Below, piece after piece: positions 32,246-43,009 of a DNA stretch of 64,000 nt. The notes beneath the pieces were generated by a model that was not told the DNA's origin, did no database searches, and saw nothing but the letters and a program-made list of their open reading frames with translations. Position 1 is the stretch's first letter, and every line of letters starts with the position of its first letter. Position numbers and translations under genes: made by a program. The DNA comes from an uncultured archaeon (lineage in GTDB: Archaea > Asgardarchaeota > Lokiarchaeia > Sigyniarchaeales > SOKP01), in assembly GCA_964447495.1 (NCBI GenBank), contig CAYUTF010000002.1, positions 1 to 64,000 on the forward strand, read 5' to 3'.

Positions 32246-32905
32246 ATGAATAAAATTACTAATAACGTATACCATGTGGGAGATTCAGGGTGTTCAGTAT
32301 ATCTAGTTAATACTCAATCAGTAGATGGTTTAATTTTAATTGATTGTGGTATGAGCCTGGAGATGATAAAAGCTATCGCAAAGGTAAATTTAGATCCAAA
32401 TAATATACGGCACTGCATCTTAACACATTTCCATATCGATCATATAGGCGCATGCCATGATTTAAAGAAATTCAACAATATGGTAAAGTTTTATGCTCAT
32501 GAATTGGACGCAAAGGCAATTGAAGAGAAAGGTCATGATGAGCAAACTGCAGCTTCTTGGTATGGAGTTAAGTATAATCCAATTACTCTTGAAAAAAGAC
32601 TAAAAGCAGAGACTGAGATTTTAAAATTTGGAGACTTTGAATTTAAATGTATCCACACACCAGGACATACACCTGGCTCAATTTCCGTTTATTTAGAAAT
32701 AGATAATAAAAAGATTCTATTTGGGCAAGATATCCACGGTCCTTTTTACCCTGCTTTTGGATCTAATTTAAAAGATTATCAAAAATCGATGGAAAAATTA
32801 CTTTCCTTGGATGCGGATATCCTTTGTGAAGGTCACTTCGGTATTTTTGAACCCGCAGAAGAAGTCTATAAATATATCAAGAGATACATGAATCTAAATA
32901 AATAA
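32246..32905 (+). CDS. Metallo-beta-lactamase fold hydrolase (glyoxalase II-like)
   Basis: THFHIDHIG, TPGHTPGS, GQD, CEGH. Confidence 0.9.
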   Translation: MNKITNNVYHVGDSGCSVYLVNTQSVDGLILIDCGMSLEMIKAIAKVNLDPNNIRHCILTHFHIDHIGACHDLKKFNNMVKFYAHELDAKAIEEKGHDEQTAASWYGVKYNPITLEKRLKAETEILKFGDFEFKCIHTPGHTPGSISVYLEIDNKKILFGQDIHGPFYPAFGSNLKDYQKSMEKLLSLDADILCEGHFGIFEPAEEVYKYIKRYMNLNK

Positions 32906-33000
32906 TGAATTTATTTACCACTTTTAATAATAGGAATATTTTAACAAATTTTAAATTAGAAAACGTTTAACTTAATTTATTGGGATTTTAGGTTTGTATT

Positions 33001-33837
33001 ATGCTGCATGTGTTATGGCAAGGTTTTAACGAAGCGTGGAGACGTTTCGAGTATGATTACATCTTTATTGATGGAGTTTTCTTTTTAGTGTGGCTAACCA
33101 TACTAATTAAAAAAAAGAAATGGAACCCTATCAAATTTGGCGCCATAACAGGTATTATCGTATATTTTATAGATGCAATATTTTGGTGGAATCTGCCCGC
33201 AGGTATTAATTATCCCAATGGGACAACAATTAGAGAATATTGGATCGGGGGAGTTAAGGTGCCCACATCATACGGTCAGTATTTCTGGGTAAAGTTTGGT
33301 GCGGATTTTATGATGTGTTTTTCTTATTCTATGTTTATTTTTGCATGGTTATGGATAATGCTTGAAAATTATATAAAGAAGAATGTAAAAGAAATTGTCC
33401 TTTTTACGGGAATCTTTTTTAGCGCGTGGTTATTAACTCCTTTTCTCTCAATTTGGCTCCCAATTAATAATACCTTAGTTGAAACCGTTAGGCATATGGA
33501 TACTCAGATGATAGTATGGTTTATCAATGCAACCTTAGGATATATTATCCTTTGCATTATTTACGGAACGAATAAATTTGGGAAAAAAAATCTAAAATAT
33601 ATTGGGTATACCTTTATTATTGGGTGTTTAGGTTCCTTCTTCATGGAATTTCCATTATTTATTACGGGTATTCGTCCCACAGGCATTGATTTTTTAATAT
33701 TTGAAATTTTTATCCTGTTTAATCAAGGGGCGCCTTATTTATTTATCGCCTACGATATTGTCCTTCCTAAAGTGACAAAATTCATAAAAACAAAATCAAG
33801 GAAAGGGCACAGAACAAGAAATTGTATTATTAAATAA
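33001..33837 (+). CDS. Hypothetical integral membrane protein
   Basis: About 7 hydrophobic segments; no recognised motif. Confidence 0.7.
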   Translation: MLHVLWQGFNEAWRRFEYDYIFIDGVFFLVWLTILIKKKKWNPIKFGAITGIIVYFIDAIFWWNLPAGINYPNGTTIREYWIGGVKVPTSYGQYFWVKFGADFMMCFSYSMFIFAWLWIMLENYIKKNVKEIVLFTGIFFSAWLLTPFLSIWLPINNTLVETVRHMDTQMIVWFINATLGYIILCIIYGTNKFGKKNLKYIGYTFIIGCLGSFFMEFPLFITGIRPTGIDFLIFEIFILFNQGAPYLFIAYDIVLPKVTKFIKTKSRKGHRTRNCIIK

Positions 33838-33855
33838 ATAAAAGGTTTAAATTAA

Positions 33856-36800
33856 TTATTTCAAATTACTTTTTATCACTTTGATATTGCTCTTCAAGAT
33901 TTTAATGAGAGGATGTTTATTGAATCCGCTCGAAACCAGAATTTTAAGAGCTTCTTCATGTCGGGTCATCGCTTCAGCATAACTTTTCTGATCTAAATAT
34001 ATCAAACCCATCTTATAATTAGTATCCGCTAATCCTCTTTTGTCATCTAATTTCTTAAATAAAGAAAGGGCCTCATTACACGTTTTCCATGCTTTTGTAT
34101 AATCTTTTTGATTGAGTTGGACTAAAGTTAAGTTATTTAAATATTCTGCCCTCTTGACTTCATCTTTTATTTTCCCTGCAATTTTTGCTGCTTCTTCAAA
34201 TCTTTTTGATGCAATATCATACTTCGCGTCATCTAAATAGATTAATCCGATGTTATTTAGACTTTCAGCTTTTCTTGATAAATTATTTAATTCTTCATCT
34301 ACTTTTAATGCTTCTTCAAAAGTCTTTAAAGCTTGAAGGTAATCTCCTTTATCTCGATATATTAGTGCAGTATTAAAGTAATTTACTGCTTTCTCTTCAG
34401 ATGATCCTAAGACTTTGAAGATTTTCACCGCTTTATCGTACCATTTTAGTGATTGTTCATAATTACCTTGATCTTGGTACACTAAGGCAATATTGTTCAA
34501 GCTCTCTGTTTTTCCAATTAGATCGCCCCTTTTTTCGAATAATTCTAAAGCTAAATTGTATCGTTTTAATGCATCCTTATAAATTCCAAGTTTGTAATAA
34601 CCCCATCCAATTTTATTAAATATTGATGCTTTCTTGTCTAAATCATCTAATTGTTTCGCTATTTTTAGTGCTTCATTATACCACTTTAAGGCTTCAGTAA
34701 AATCTCGTGAATTTTCATAAATGGACCCAATATTATCAAAACATTCGTAAATTCCTTCGAAGTTTTCAATTTCAACAAAGATTTTATAGGCTTGCTCATA
34801 CCATCCTAAAGCTTCCGTAAAAAGATTTTGTTCTTGATATAATTTACCGATTTTTCTTATAATTGTAGCTTGATTCGTTAAATTCCCTAATTGCTCCTCG
34901 ATATCTAATGCTTCTCGATAACTTTTTAGGACATCATCATACTTTTTATGTATAAGAAATATCGCTGCGATACTTGTAAGCCGTAACGCTTTTCCTTTCA
35001 AGTTAGCTAATTGTTCATCAATTTTCAATGCCTCTTCATACCATTTTAGGGCTTCAGGATAAGTTTCTTCATCATAATAAATATCTCCGATGCTATAATA
35101 GATATCTGCTTTCTTTTCAAGATTACCTAATTTCTCAGCAATATAAATCGCCTCATTGAACCGTCTTATTGCTTCGGGATAATGTTTTTGCGATTGATAA
35201 ATCTTTCCAATAATGGTTAATATTTCAACTTGATCTTCATAATTTCCCAGTTGATCAGCGATTATAAGCGATTCTTCATAATGCTTTAATGCTTCCAGAA
35301 AATCCCATTGATCTTTATATATGCTACCTATGATGTTTAAACAATGAGATTTTTTAGTTAAATTTCCAATTTGTTCTGCAATTTCAACAGCTTCTTCAAA
35401 TTTTTTTAAAGCTTCATCTAAATCGCCTAAATAATTATAATTCAAACCAATATAGTGTAGACTATCGATTTTTCCTTCCATATTTCCTTCAGCAGTAAAT
35501 ATTTCTAGAGCTTCTTCAAACTTTTTCAAAGCTTCATTATATTCTCCTTGATCTTGATAAATAGAACCAATTTTATTAAGTAAATCGGCTTGGTTTTCTA
35601 TTAAGTTTAAATTTGTGAATATATTTAAAGCATCTTTATATCTATTTAAAGCCTCTGTGAAATTCGCTTGTTCTTGATAATAAAATCCAATATTTTTTAG
35701 ACTTTCAGCACTTCCTTCAAGATTTTCTAAATCTTCATATACTTCAAGAGCCTCTTGGTAACTATTTAAAGCTTCACCGAATTTACGTTGTTCTAAATAA
35801 ATTTCTCCAATAATATTAAGAACTTCAGCTTTCCCTTTCATGTCCTCAAGAGCCTCATACATTTTTAAAGAATTGCCAAACTTTACTAATGATTTTTCAT
35901 AGTTCTTCTGTTTCTTATAAATTAGACCAATATTTACCTGTACATCTACTTTTCCTTTAAGTTTTCCAAGTTCCTCATATAATTGAAAAGATTCTTCAAA
36001 CCACCGTAGGGCTTCGTTGTACTTATCTTGTATATAATATATATTTCCAATCTGAAGAGAATAATCTGCTATTTGTTCTTTATTACCTTCTTCTTCAGCG
36101 ATAGAATATCCATCTTCAAATAATTCTAGCGCTTTTGGATAATTCCACTGATCGAGATAAATTAAACCCATATTTTTGATGGTTTTAAGTTTTCCGATAA
36201 CATTCTGATATCGCTCATATATCTCGAAAGCTTTATTGCATAATTCAATTCCTTTAATTGAATCACCATCTAGATGATAAACCATTCCTAATAGATTATA
36301 TATGTCTGCTTTCTCTTCAACATTTTCTAATTGTTCATTAATTTCTAATGAATCTTCAAGATATTGTATCGCTTTTTGATAATTTTTCTTAAAGTAATAT
36401 ATTTTTCCAATTTCTTTAAGATTTTTAGCTTTTTCCCGATTATTGTCGACCTTTTCGTTTATTTTAATTGCTATTTCATAGTTTTTTAGCGCGTCATCAT
36501 ATTTTTCTTGTTTACGATAAATACTGGCATAATGTTTCATAATCTTAGATTTTTCAGTTAAATCTTTAGACTTTTCATTTTCTTTAGATGCCAAATCAAA
36601 GTATTTTATCGCTTCGGAAAATTCATTTTGTTTTTGATTAATTAAAGCTATGTATTTAAAAATAGTACTTCTTTGAGCATAATTTTTTATTTTAATTTGA
36701 GCTTGTATTGCTTTTTGGAACCATTCTAATGATTTTTCATAATCCCCTTTATCAAAATTAATTTTACCCATTTCTACTAATGCTAATGATTTCCACACTT

Positions 36801-37965
36801 TATTGTCTGATTCATCGGCAATCCTGTAAATTCTTTCTAAACATCTTAGAGCGTCTGTATAATTATAGGTTTCATAATAAATTTTGTGAGTAACAAATAA
36901 TTTCGTAATTTCATTTGGTTCCTCTATAACCTTTGGAATCCAATTATTGATATCCAATGTGAACTGATCAGAGTCTAATGATTCTTTCGATTTAATAAAA
37001 TTAGTAATAAAATCTGATGTATTAATATCAATTCTATATATACCTAAAGAGGGATTTATGTGTTTAAGATTAAAAAGGATTAGATCTAGTCCATCAGCTT
37101 TCTCTGAATCTTGAATGTTTTGGAGGGAATATTCATGAATTTCGAGCTTCTTTCTTGCATCATCTACATGGTGTATCCATATTAAGTTTTCTAATTCTTT
37201 CATTACTTTTAAATTAGATAGGATATCATAATCATTATTTCCAGAATATCCCATTACAATAAGAGAACGTCCTTTTGTAAGATTGTCCAGAACCAATGAT
37301 TTAAATGGTTCTAATTGAATGAGACTGTTTCTTTCATGATTAAGGCTTATTAATTTAATGGTATTGACAAAGCTTTTTTTGGTGTTTTCACCAGTTATTA
37401 TATTCTTCGGTGAACCATGTATTTTATAAATAGGTGCTTTTCCACTTTTTATTAACTTCTCAGGATCCGAGTATTTATTAAAATCTTTTTCTGTGATTAC
37501 AGGAATTATTTTTTTCTTTGGTAATTCTGATTTTAATAACGCTTGTTCGATTAGATTATCAAAATTAGTAGTTATAACATAATTACCTTTCTTAAGCATT
37601 TCTGATAGAAAGAAATGAACGATATTTGGTTTATCACATTCAAGATAATAATCAACTATGTTTAAATCCTCATCAAGTATTTCACGTATTATCTCTAAAA
37701 GAACCTCAAATTTTAAATTCTCTATTTTTAATATATTATCAACTTCTGATTTTAAATTCTCTATTTTTAATATGTTATCAACTTCTGAAGGAGAACATAC
37801 ATATTTAATTAATTCCTTCATCATATCACGAGCAATAGGTAATCTTGAAGGGGACTTAACTGAAATTCCTGCTCCTACGAGAAAAGTGAGCCCTTGAGAT
37901 TCATTTAATAATTGAGTAATATCTAAATCAGAAGGTTTTTTAATTGAACTCAAATAAATTCGCAC
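33856..37965 (-). CDS. SIR2-like domain protein with long TPR array (paralog of 6919..10515)
   Basis: FLVGAGIS, TTNFD, YKIHGS, VMGYSGNND followed by about 25 repeats of about 40 aa. Confidence 0.9.
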   Translation of the reverse strand: MRIYLSSIKKPSDLDITQLLNESQGLTFLVGAGISVKSPSRLPIARDMMKELIKYVCSPSEVDNILKIENLKSEVDNILKIENLKFEVLLEIIREILDEDLNIVDYYLECDKPNIVHFFLSEMLKKGNYVITTNFDNLIEQALLKSELPKKKIIPVITEKDFNKYSDPEKLIKSGKAPIYKIHGSPKNIITGENTKKSFVNTIKLISLNHERNSLIQLEPFKSLVLDNLTKGRSLIVMGYSGNNDYDILSNLKVMKELENLIWIHHVDDARKKLEIHEYSLQNIQDSEKADGLDLILFNLKHINPSLGIYRIDINTSDFITNFIKSKESLDSDQFTLDINNWIPKVIEEPNEITKLFVTHKIYYETYNYTDALRCLERIYRIADESDNKVWKSLALVEMGKINFDKGDYEKSLEWFQKAIQAQIKIKNYAQRSTIFKYIALINQKQNEFSEAIKYFDLASKENEKSKDLTEKSKIMKHYASIYRKQEKYDDALKNYEIAIKINEKVDNNREKAKNLKEIGKIYYFKKNYQKAIQYLEDSLEINEQLENVEEKADIYNLLGMVYHLDGDSIKGIELCNKAFEIYERYQNVIGKLKTIKNMGLIYLDQWNYPKALELFEDGYSIAEEEGNKEQIADYSLQIGNIYYIQDKYNEALRWFEESFQLYEELGKLKGKVDVQVNIGLIYKKQKNYEKSLVKFGNSLKMYEALEDMKGKAEVLNIIGEIYLEQRKFGEALNSYQEALEVYEDLENLEGSAESLKNIGFYYQEQANFTEALNRYKDALNIFTNLNLIENQADLLNKIGSIYQDQGEYNEALKKFEEALEIFTAEGNMEGKIDSLHYIGLNYNYLGDLDEALKKFEEAVEIAEQIGNLTKKSHCLNIIGSIYKDQWDFLEALKHYEESLIIADQLGNYEDQVEILTIIGKIYQSQKHYPEAIRRFNEAIYIAEKLGNLEKKADIYYSIGDIYYDEETYPEALKWYEEALKIDEQLANLKGKALRLTSIAAIFLIHKKYDDVLKSYREALDIEEQLGNLTNQATIIRKIGKLYQEQNLFTEALGWYEQAYKIFVEIENFEGIYECFDNIGSIYENSRDFTEALKWYNEALKIAKQLDDLDKKASIFNKIGWGYYKLGIYKDALKRYNLALELFEKRGDLIGKTESLNNIALVYQDQGNYEQSLKWYDKAVKIFKVLGSSEEKAVNYFNTALIYRDKGDYLQALKTFEEALKVDEELNNLSRKAESLNNIGLIYLDDAKYDIASKRFEEAAKIAGKIKDEVKRAEYLNNLTLVQLNQKDYTKAWKTCNEALSLFKKLDDKRGLADTNYKMGLIYLDQKSYAEAMTRHEEALKILVSSGFNKHPLIKILKSNIKVIKSNLK
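37711..37788. repeat. 39-bp in-frame tandem duplication
   Basis: ttttaaattctctatttttaatat(a/g)ttatcaacttctga twice with one mismatch; encodes SEVDNILKIENLK twice. Confidence 0.93.
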
Positions 37966-38079
37966 CCTTAAAAATTATGTATTTAGATAAGAAGAGGATT
38001 TATTACTAATCTTAAATAATTTTGGTTTATAATTACAAAAAAGTTTGTTATAATAAATATCAGATCATAGGTTCTATTC

Positions 38080-38898
38080 CTAAAAACTGAAAAATAATTC
38101 AATTTCTTTTGTAATTTTAATGATATCTTCTACACTATACGGATCATGATCCATATTCTTAATGACAACTAATTCAAGATTAGGCAGGTGATTTAGGATT
38201 TTTGCTCTTAATTCTGATAAATTTATTAACTTATCCTTATCACCCAAAATTATTTTTAAGTTTTTATAAGAGATATTACTTAAATTCTTTTCAATTTGAA
38301 ATTCGTCCATGGTTAATTCCAATTTCACTTTTGAAATGAAATCTTCGACATTTTCAATACCATGAACGTTCCCTGGGAGAAATCGATTTATATAATATAA
38401 GTTTCTCGCAAAATCGTTATTTAATACGATCTTTTCTATATTAAGGGTGGGGGATAATAGCAGAAGTTTGTTTATATAATCGGTCTGTGAGCATAATATT
38501 AGCGCGATGTAAGCCCCGAAATCATAAGCAAGAACGTTTAGTTCCGTATTATCGAAAATTAAATTTTGTTGCATGATTTTTACAAACTCAATAACTTTTA
38601 TAGCGTCTGAAACCTGATTATTAAGTGAAATTACTCCTTCACTATCTCTATACCCCCTAAAATTAAAAACTAAAAATGCATATCCAGAATCAAGAAGAAA
38701 TTTATATGTCTTAACTATTTCGCTCAAAGTAAAGATTTGAGGAAATCCGGGGAAAAATATTATCAAAGGATAAGGCTTTTGATATATCTCTGGAGGAAAG
38801 TAAAGGAGTCCACGAAAAATCTGCTCTTCGTTATGAATTTCAACAACTGACACTTCATAAGGACCATCAAATTGTTTTTCTTTAAATTCCATGATCAT
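38080..38898 (-). CDS. Alpha/beta hydrolase fold protein with atypical nucleophile elbow
   Basis: FNFRGYRDSEG, LAYDFGA in place of GxSxG, GDKD, MDHD. Confidence 0.8.
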   Translation of the reverse strand: MIMEFKEKQFDGPYEVSVVEIHNEEQIFRGLLYFPPEIYQKPYPLIIFFPGFPQIFTLSEIVKTYKFLLDSGYAFLVFNFRGYRDSEGVISLNNQVSDAIKVIEFVKIMQQNLIFDNTELNVLAYDFGAYIALILCSQTDYINKLLLLSPTLNIEKIVLNNDFARNLYYINRFLPGNVHGIENVEDFISKVKLELTMDEFQIEKNLSNISYKNLKIILGDKDKLINLSELRAKILNHLPNLELVVIKNMDHDPYSVEDIIKITKEIELFFSF

Positions 38899-38989
38899 TT
38901 TAATCTTATTTGATAAACAGATAACTTATTCTTTATTTATTAATTAGTTAAAAGTAAAGAAAAATTCATCATTTTTAAAGGGATAAAGT

Positions 38990-39853
38990 ATGAAATTCGA
39001 AGATTATCATACACATAATTCATTATGTCGACATGCGACTGGTACTCTTCAAGATTATCTAAATAAAGCATTAGAATATGATTTGGGCTTAATTGGCTTC
39101 AGTGATCATTTTCCGTATGATTATTTATGTGATTTTGTACCCGAATTTGAAACTATCCCTTACCAAGAATATTCTATGCGGTTATCAGAAGTTGACGGGT
39201 ATATCTCTGAGCTAAAAAAGTTAAAAAAGAAACTAAAAGATAGAATTCAGATTAAAATCGGATTTGAACTCGATTATTTCGAAAATCAGGAAAAAAATAC
39301 TATTAATGCTCTTAATAGTTATTTAAACGATTTAGATTATATATATGGTTCCGTTCATATATTACCTACTAAAACAGGCTTATTTGCTTTTGATGATAGT
39401 AGGTTTCTGCAGAAATATAATGAATTTGAAAATATAGATGAGATTTATTTGAAATATTATGATACTTTGCAAAAAATGATAAACTCAACTACTTTTGTCT
39501 GTGATATTATAAGTCATTTTGATCTCCCGAAAAAATTTAATAAGCCATTTATCAATCAAGATTTAATCATGAATAAAGTTTCAGAAACGCTTGAATTAGC
39601 TAAAAAGAAAAATTTGGTTATCGAAATTAATTCAAGCGGGTTAAGAAAAGAAGTTCACGAGCAATATCCTAGTAAGGAAATCCTTAAAATAATGTATGAA
39701 TTAGATATTCCGGTAATATTAGGGTCTGATGCTCATCATCCAGATGAATTAGCATATGAGTTTAAGAGCATAATCACCTTATTAAGAGAAATTGGATATA
39801 ATTATCTAGCTCATTTTGATAAAAGAAAGAGAAGCTTTATTGAAATATCATAA
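38990..39853 (+). CDS. hisK: Histidinol-phosphatase, PHP family (HisK/HisJ)
   Basis: DYHTH..LCRHA, GFSDH, GSVH, HFDLPK, EINSSG, GSDAH. Confidence 0.88.
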   Translation: MKFEDYHTHNSLCRHATGTLQDYLNKALEYDLGLIGFSDHFPYDYLCDFVPEFETIPYQEYSMRLSEVDGYISELKKLKKKLKDRIQIKIGFELDYFENQEKNTINALNSYLNDLDYIYGSVHILPTKTGLFAFDDSRFLQKYNEFENIDEIYLKYYDTLQKMINSTTFVCDIISHFDLPKKFNKPFINQDLIMNKVSETLELAKKKNLVIEINSSGLRKEVHEQYPSKEILKIMYELDIPVILGSDAHHPDELAYEFKSIITLLREIGYNYLAHFDKRKRSFIEIS

Positions 39854-39899
39854 TTTATTAAGAAAGAAATCTAAAATTTAATAACTATCAGTAATATGT

Positions 39900-40730
39900 T
39901 TATTCAATTTTTCTGGAACGAAGCCATCCTTCCATTACGATACTTTTAAAGAATTTAACGTGTTTTGAGTCTTTTGTATGGATCACTAAATGATTATCTT
40001 CTGAATTTCCGATAACCGCAAATAACAACTCTTCCCCATCTCTATCCATTACGTATCTGTCTTTAGCTTCATACATTCTTATTGATATATTATCAAGACT
40101 TTCAAATTCTTCTAACAATTCAGCGTCTTCTTCCAATCCTGGATCTATATAACAAGAAATTTTCATATTAACAGAAGACCGCACTTCATATAATAACAAG
40201 TGTTGAAGATCTTTTATATTGGGTACAGCAATAGTGACATTGTGAAGAGCATTCATTAAAATTTCCTTCATTTTGGTCAATATTTTACTTTTTGATATAT
40301 CAATATTTGTCCAGTCAATAATTTTAGAACCTGAAGCTGCTGCTAATTGATTTCTTATTTTTTCATTTTCATTTTCCAATAATTCTAAGTCTTCATCCGC
40401 TTTTTTTAATTCTCCTTGTAAAATTTCAAGTTTCCCTTGAATATCAGCAATTTCCTTATCCTTCTCTTCAAGTTTAGACTTTTCAACTCTCGTATCTAAT
40501 AAAACTTTAATTTCTTTTCCTTTTAACTCCACCGATTTCTCTAGAGTGCTAATTTTCTCATCTTTAATTTTTAATGAGCTATCTAATGTTTCGATTTGCT
40601 GACTTTTCAAGTTCATAGAATCTTTAATTGTCTTAATCTGATCTTCTTTAAGATTCATCGCTCGTTGTAAATTAACGATTAAATCATCTTTAGTTTTTAG
40701 CTGTTCATCTTTAATTTCTTTATCATCCAT
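39900..40730 (-). CDS. Coiled-coil protein with C-terminal TrmB/PLD-like alpha-beta domain
   Basis: Heptad-rich N-half; C-half NVTIAVP...ISIRMY...DRDGEELLF; domain assignment inferred. Confidence 0.6.
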   Translation of the reverse strand: MDDKEIKDEQLKTKDDLIVNLQRAMNLKEDQIKTIKDSMNLKSQQIETLDSSLKIKDEKISTLEKSVELKGKEIKVLLDTRVEKSKLEEKDKEIADIQGKLEILQGELKKADEDLELLENENEKIRNQLAAASGSKIIDWTNIDISKSKILTKMKEILMNALHNVTIAVPNIKDLQHLLLYEVRSSVNMKISCYIDPGLEEDAELLEEFESLDNISIRMYEAKDRYVMDRDGEELLFAVIGNSEDNHLVIHTKDSKHVKFFKSIVMEGWLRSRKIE

Positions 40731-40975
40731 GTTTTCATTAACTTTCTTTTCATTGATTCTTTTAATAAATATAAAAAAATTCCTTTTTAATTGTTAGTTA
40801 AATAATATTGTTACTCTAATAAATATTAAAATATTTGAGTAAATTTATAATTTAAATTATAAAACTCATTTAATTATTTTTTATATATTTGCTAAAGATT
40901 TAATTCTTTTTGCACATTAATAGAACGATTATTATTTAGAATAGTTTTAAATTTGAGTACTGTTATTATAATCTC

Positions 40976-41710
40976 ATGAGCTCAGAACCAAATTTTAAAG
41001 ATTTAGAAAACGATATTACAGAAATTCTCGAAAAAGAGATGAAAGAAAATGCGGGGATTCTTGGAATAACAATTTCTTCTCATGGAGGTACACACTTAGC
41101 TAGTAAATTTAAAAAAGATATCGCTATGAAAAGAACTGAGATTTCAGCAGCAAGTAGTAGTTTAGTATTTTTATCTTCAAAAATGTTACAAGATGCATTA
41201 AATCAGAAAATTTCCTATAATTTGATTACTGGCAGTAAACGCATTATCCTATCAATCCTGACCGAAAATATAGCAATGATCTCATATTTAAATCGAGAAA
41301 TCGCTGAACTTGAAGGATTGGATACATATATCAACACTTTGAAAAAATTTTCCATGAAACTTTCCGCAATAATTGCAACATCAGATCTAATTAAAGAAGA
41401 GATTTTTGTTGCTATAAAGAGAGCAATTCCAAACGCTCTAGTAATAGCGATAATGACTAAAGATGGACTCCCCATTAAAATTCAATCAACGATGCCAGAA
41501 CCGATACTTTCCGCCATGACATCCGCAATATATAATCTATCAAGTGTTTTATTAGAAGGTGGTTTGGAATTCTCAATAATTGGGGGTGAAAATGGATCTA
41601 TCATTATCCATGAACTCGACAAAAATCGTATTATAGCAATTGCTGTACCTGAGGCGAATGAAAAAAAACTAGGAAGCTATATTGCTAAAATAAAAACTAT
41701 AATCGAATAA
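40976..41710 (+). CDS. Tandem roadblock/LC7 domain protein
   Basis: Two repeats (GITISSHGG...ISAASSSL; IAIMTKDGLPI...LSAMTSAI...GENGSIII). Confidence 0.85.
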   Translation: MSSEPNFKDLENDITEILEKEMKENAGILGITISSHGGTHLASKFKKDIAMKRTEISAASSSLVFLSSKMLQDALNQKISYNLITGSKRIILSILTENIAMISYLNREIAELEGLDTYINTLKKFSMKLSAIIATSDLIKEEIFVAIKRAIPNALVIAIMTKDGLPIKIQSTMPEPILSAMTSAIYNLSSVLLEGGLEFSIIGGENGSIIIHELDKNRIIAIAVPEANEKKLGSYIAKIKTIIE

Positions 41711-41716
41711 GATACT

Positions 41717-42970
41717 TTAATTTCTAATTAGCTTTTCAATCTTGTCCACAACCTTTAGAGCACCAAAATAAGATTCTGCAAACGTGGTTCCATTATATAG
41801 TATTGTGCATAAAGGTTCATTCTTATAAATATCAAAATCAGGTGCTGATTTATCATGAACATAAGCCAATTTACTTATTTCATCTAATTTGGAGCTTTTT
41901 ATATCTTGAGAGGCAAATAAAATTAATTTTGTAGAAAAAGTATGGGTTTCAATAGTATCTAATCTCCTTAAGATAGTATTCCATTCATCTTCAGAAAAAG
42001 ATTGAATATGAAGATCCATTAAATTAATATTAAGTGCATTTTCTGACACCCTTAGAGAACCGGGGATTCTAGGATTAATTTCCATCAAATACGGATAATG
42101 ATTTTTTAATACAAAATCAAATCCATTTATCCCTTTTAATTTTAATGTTTTAGTTAGAAAAAGAGAGATTTCTGTAATTATTTCATTATCTATTTTAAGT
42201 AAATTTGCAGGTACAATATTTCCACAATAAGCAAACTGTTTAGGGGCATTTAGAAATTTTTCCCCAATTATTTGACGATTTATAGAGATAACTTTAGTAT
42301 TTACGCCATCAGAAATGATTGTGCAGCTTATAGGTAATCCTTGGATATATTCTTGAACTAACCATTCATTTGGTTGGAAGCCCTCAACTCCAAGTAGCTT
42401 CATGAGAAAGAGATATTGGTCATATGTATCTATTTTATAAATATTTATACCTCCTGAACTCTTTTTCTTTTTCAAAATTAGCGGATATTGTACATTTTGA
42501 CTCTGAAAATCAAACTCATCAGCACTTATGCTAATAGGGTATTTATAGTTATATTTTTCTAATAAATTATATAATCCGTGTATATCTCGTGCTTTTTTTA
42601 ATATTTCGATGTTGTTGTTCAAACTTTTTATGCCATATTTTTTATTCTTCAATTCTTGAAGAAATTGAGCTCTGTCATCAATGGCATCATCTAATCCACT
42701 TCCAATAACGAGATTCTCTATTTTGGGATGCCTCTCTAACATTTTTAATGCGAATTTTAATAAATACTGACTATAAGAATTTTTTAATACTTCATAATTT
42801 GCGCCAAGTTCCTTACTAATGATTAATGAATCTTTTACACAGGGAAATAAATCTACATCTCCAAAAAAATCCACAGCATATACCTTATAACCCGCTAAAT
42901 TTAAGGAAGTAGCTAATGGTCTAGTGTTAAAACCAACAACTAGTACAGAATTTTTATAATCACTCATCAA
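41717..42970 (-). CDS. ATP-grasp domain protein (COG2232-like)
   Basis: VGFNTRPLA...AVDFFGDVD, SSGG, VQEYIQG, GINGFDF, EINPR. Confidence 0.85.
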   Translation of the reverse strand: MMSDYKNSVLVVGFNTRPLATSLNLAGYKVYAVDFFGDVDLFPCVKDSLIISKELGANYEVLKNSYSQYLLKFALKMLERHPKIENLVIGSGLDDAIDDRAQFLQELKNKKYGIKSLNNNIEILKKARDIHGLYNLLEKYNYKYPISISADEFDFQSQNVQYPLILKKKKSSGGINIYKIDTYDQYLFLMKLLGVEGFQPNEWLVQEYIQGLPISCTIISDGVNTKVISINRQIIGEKFLNAPKQFAYCGNIVPANLLKIDNEIITEISLFLTKTLKLKGINGFDFVLKNHYPYLMEINPRIPGSLRVSENALNINLMDLHIQSFSEDEWNTILRRLDTIETHTFSTKLILFASQDIKSSKLDEISKLAYVHDKSAPDFDIYKNEPLCTILYNGTTFAESYFGALKVVDKIEKLIRN

Positions 42971-43009
42971 TCTAACAAATATTTCAAAAATTAAAACTTA
43001 TTTTATATG

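Noticed and set aside
33856-36900. 120-bp periodicity suggesting a CRISPR-like or DNA repeat array
   Set aside because: Explained by degenerate 40-aa TPR coding repeats; there are no identical direct repeats with spacers.
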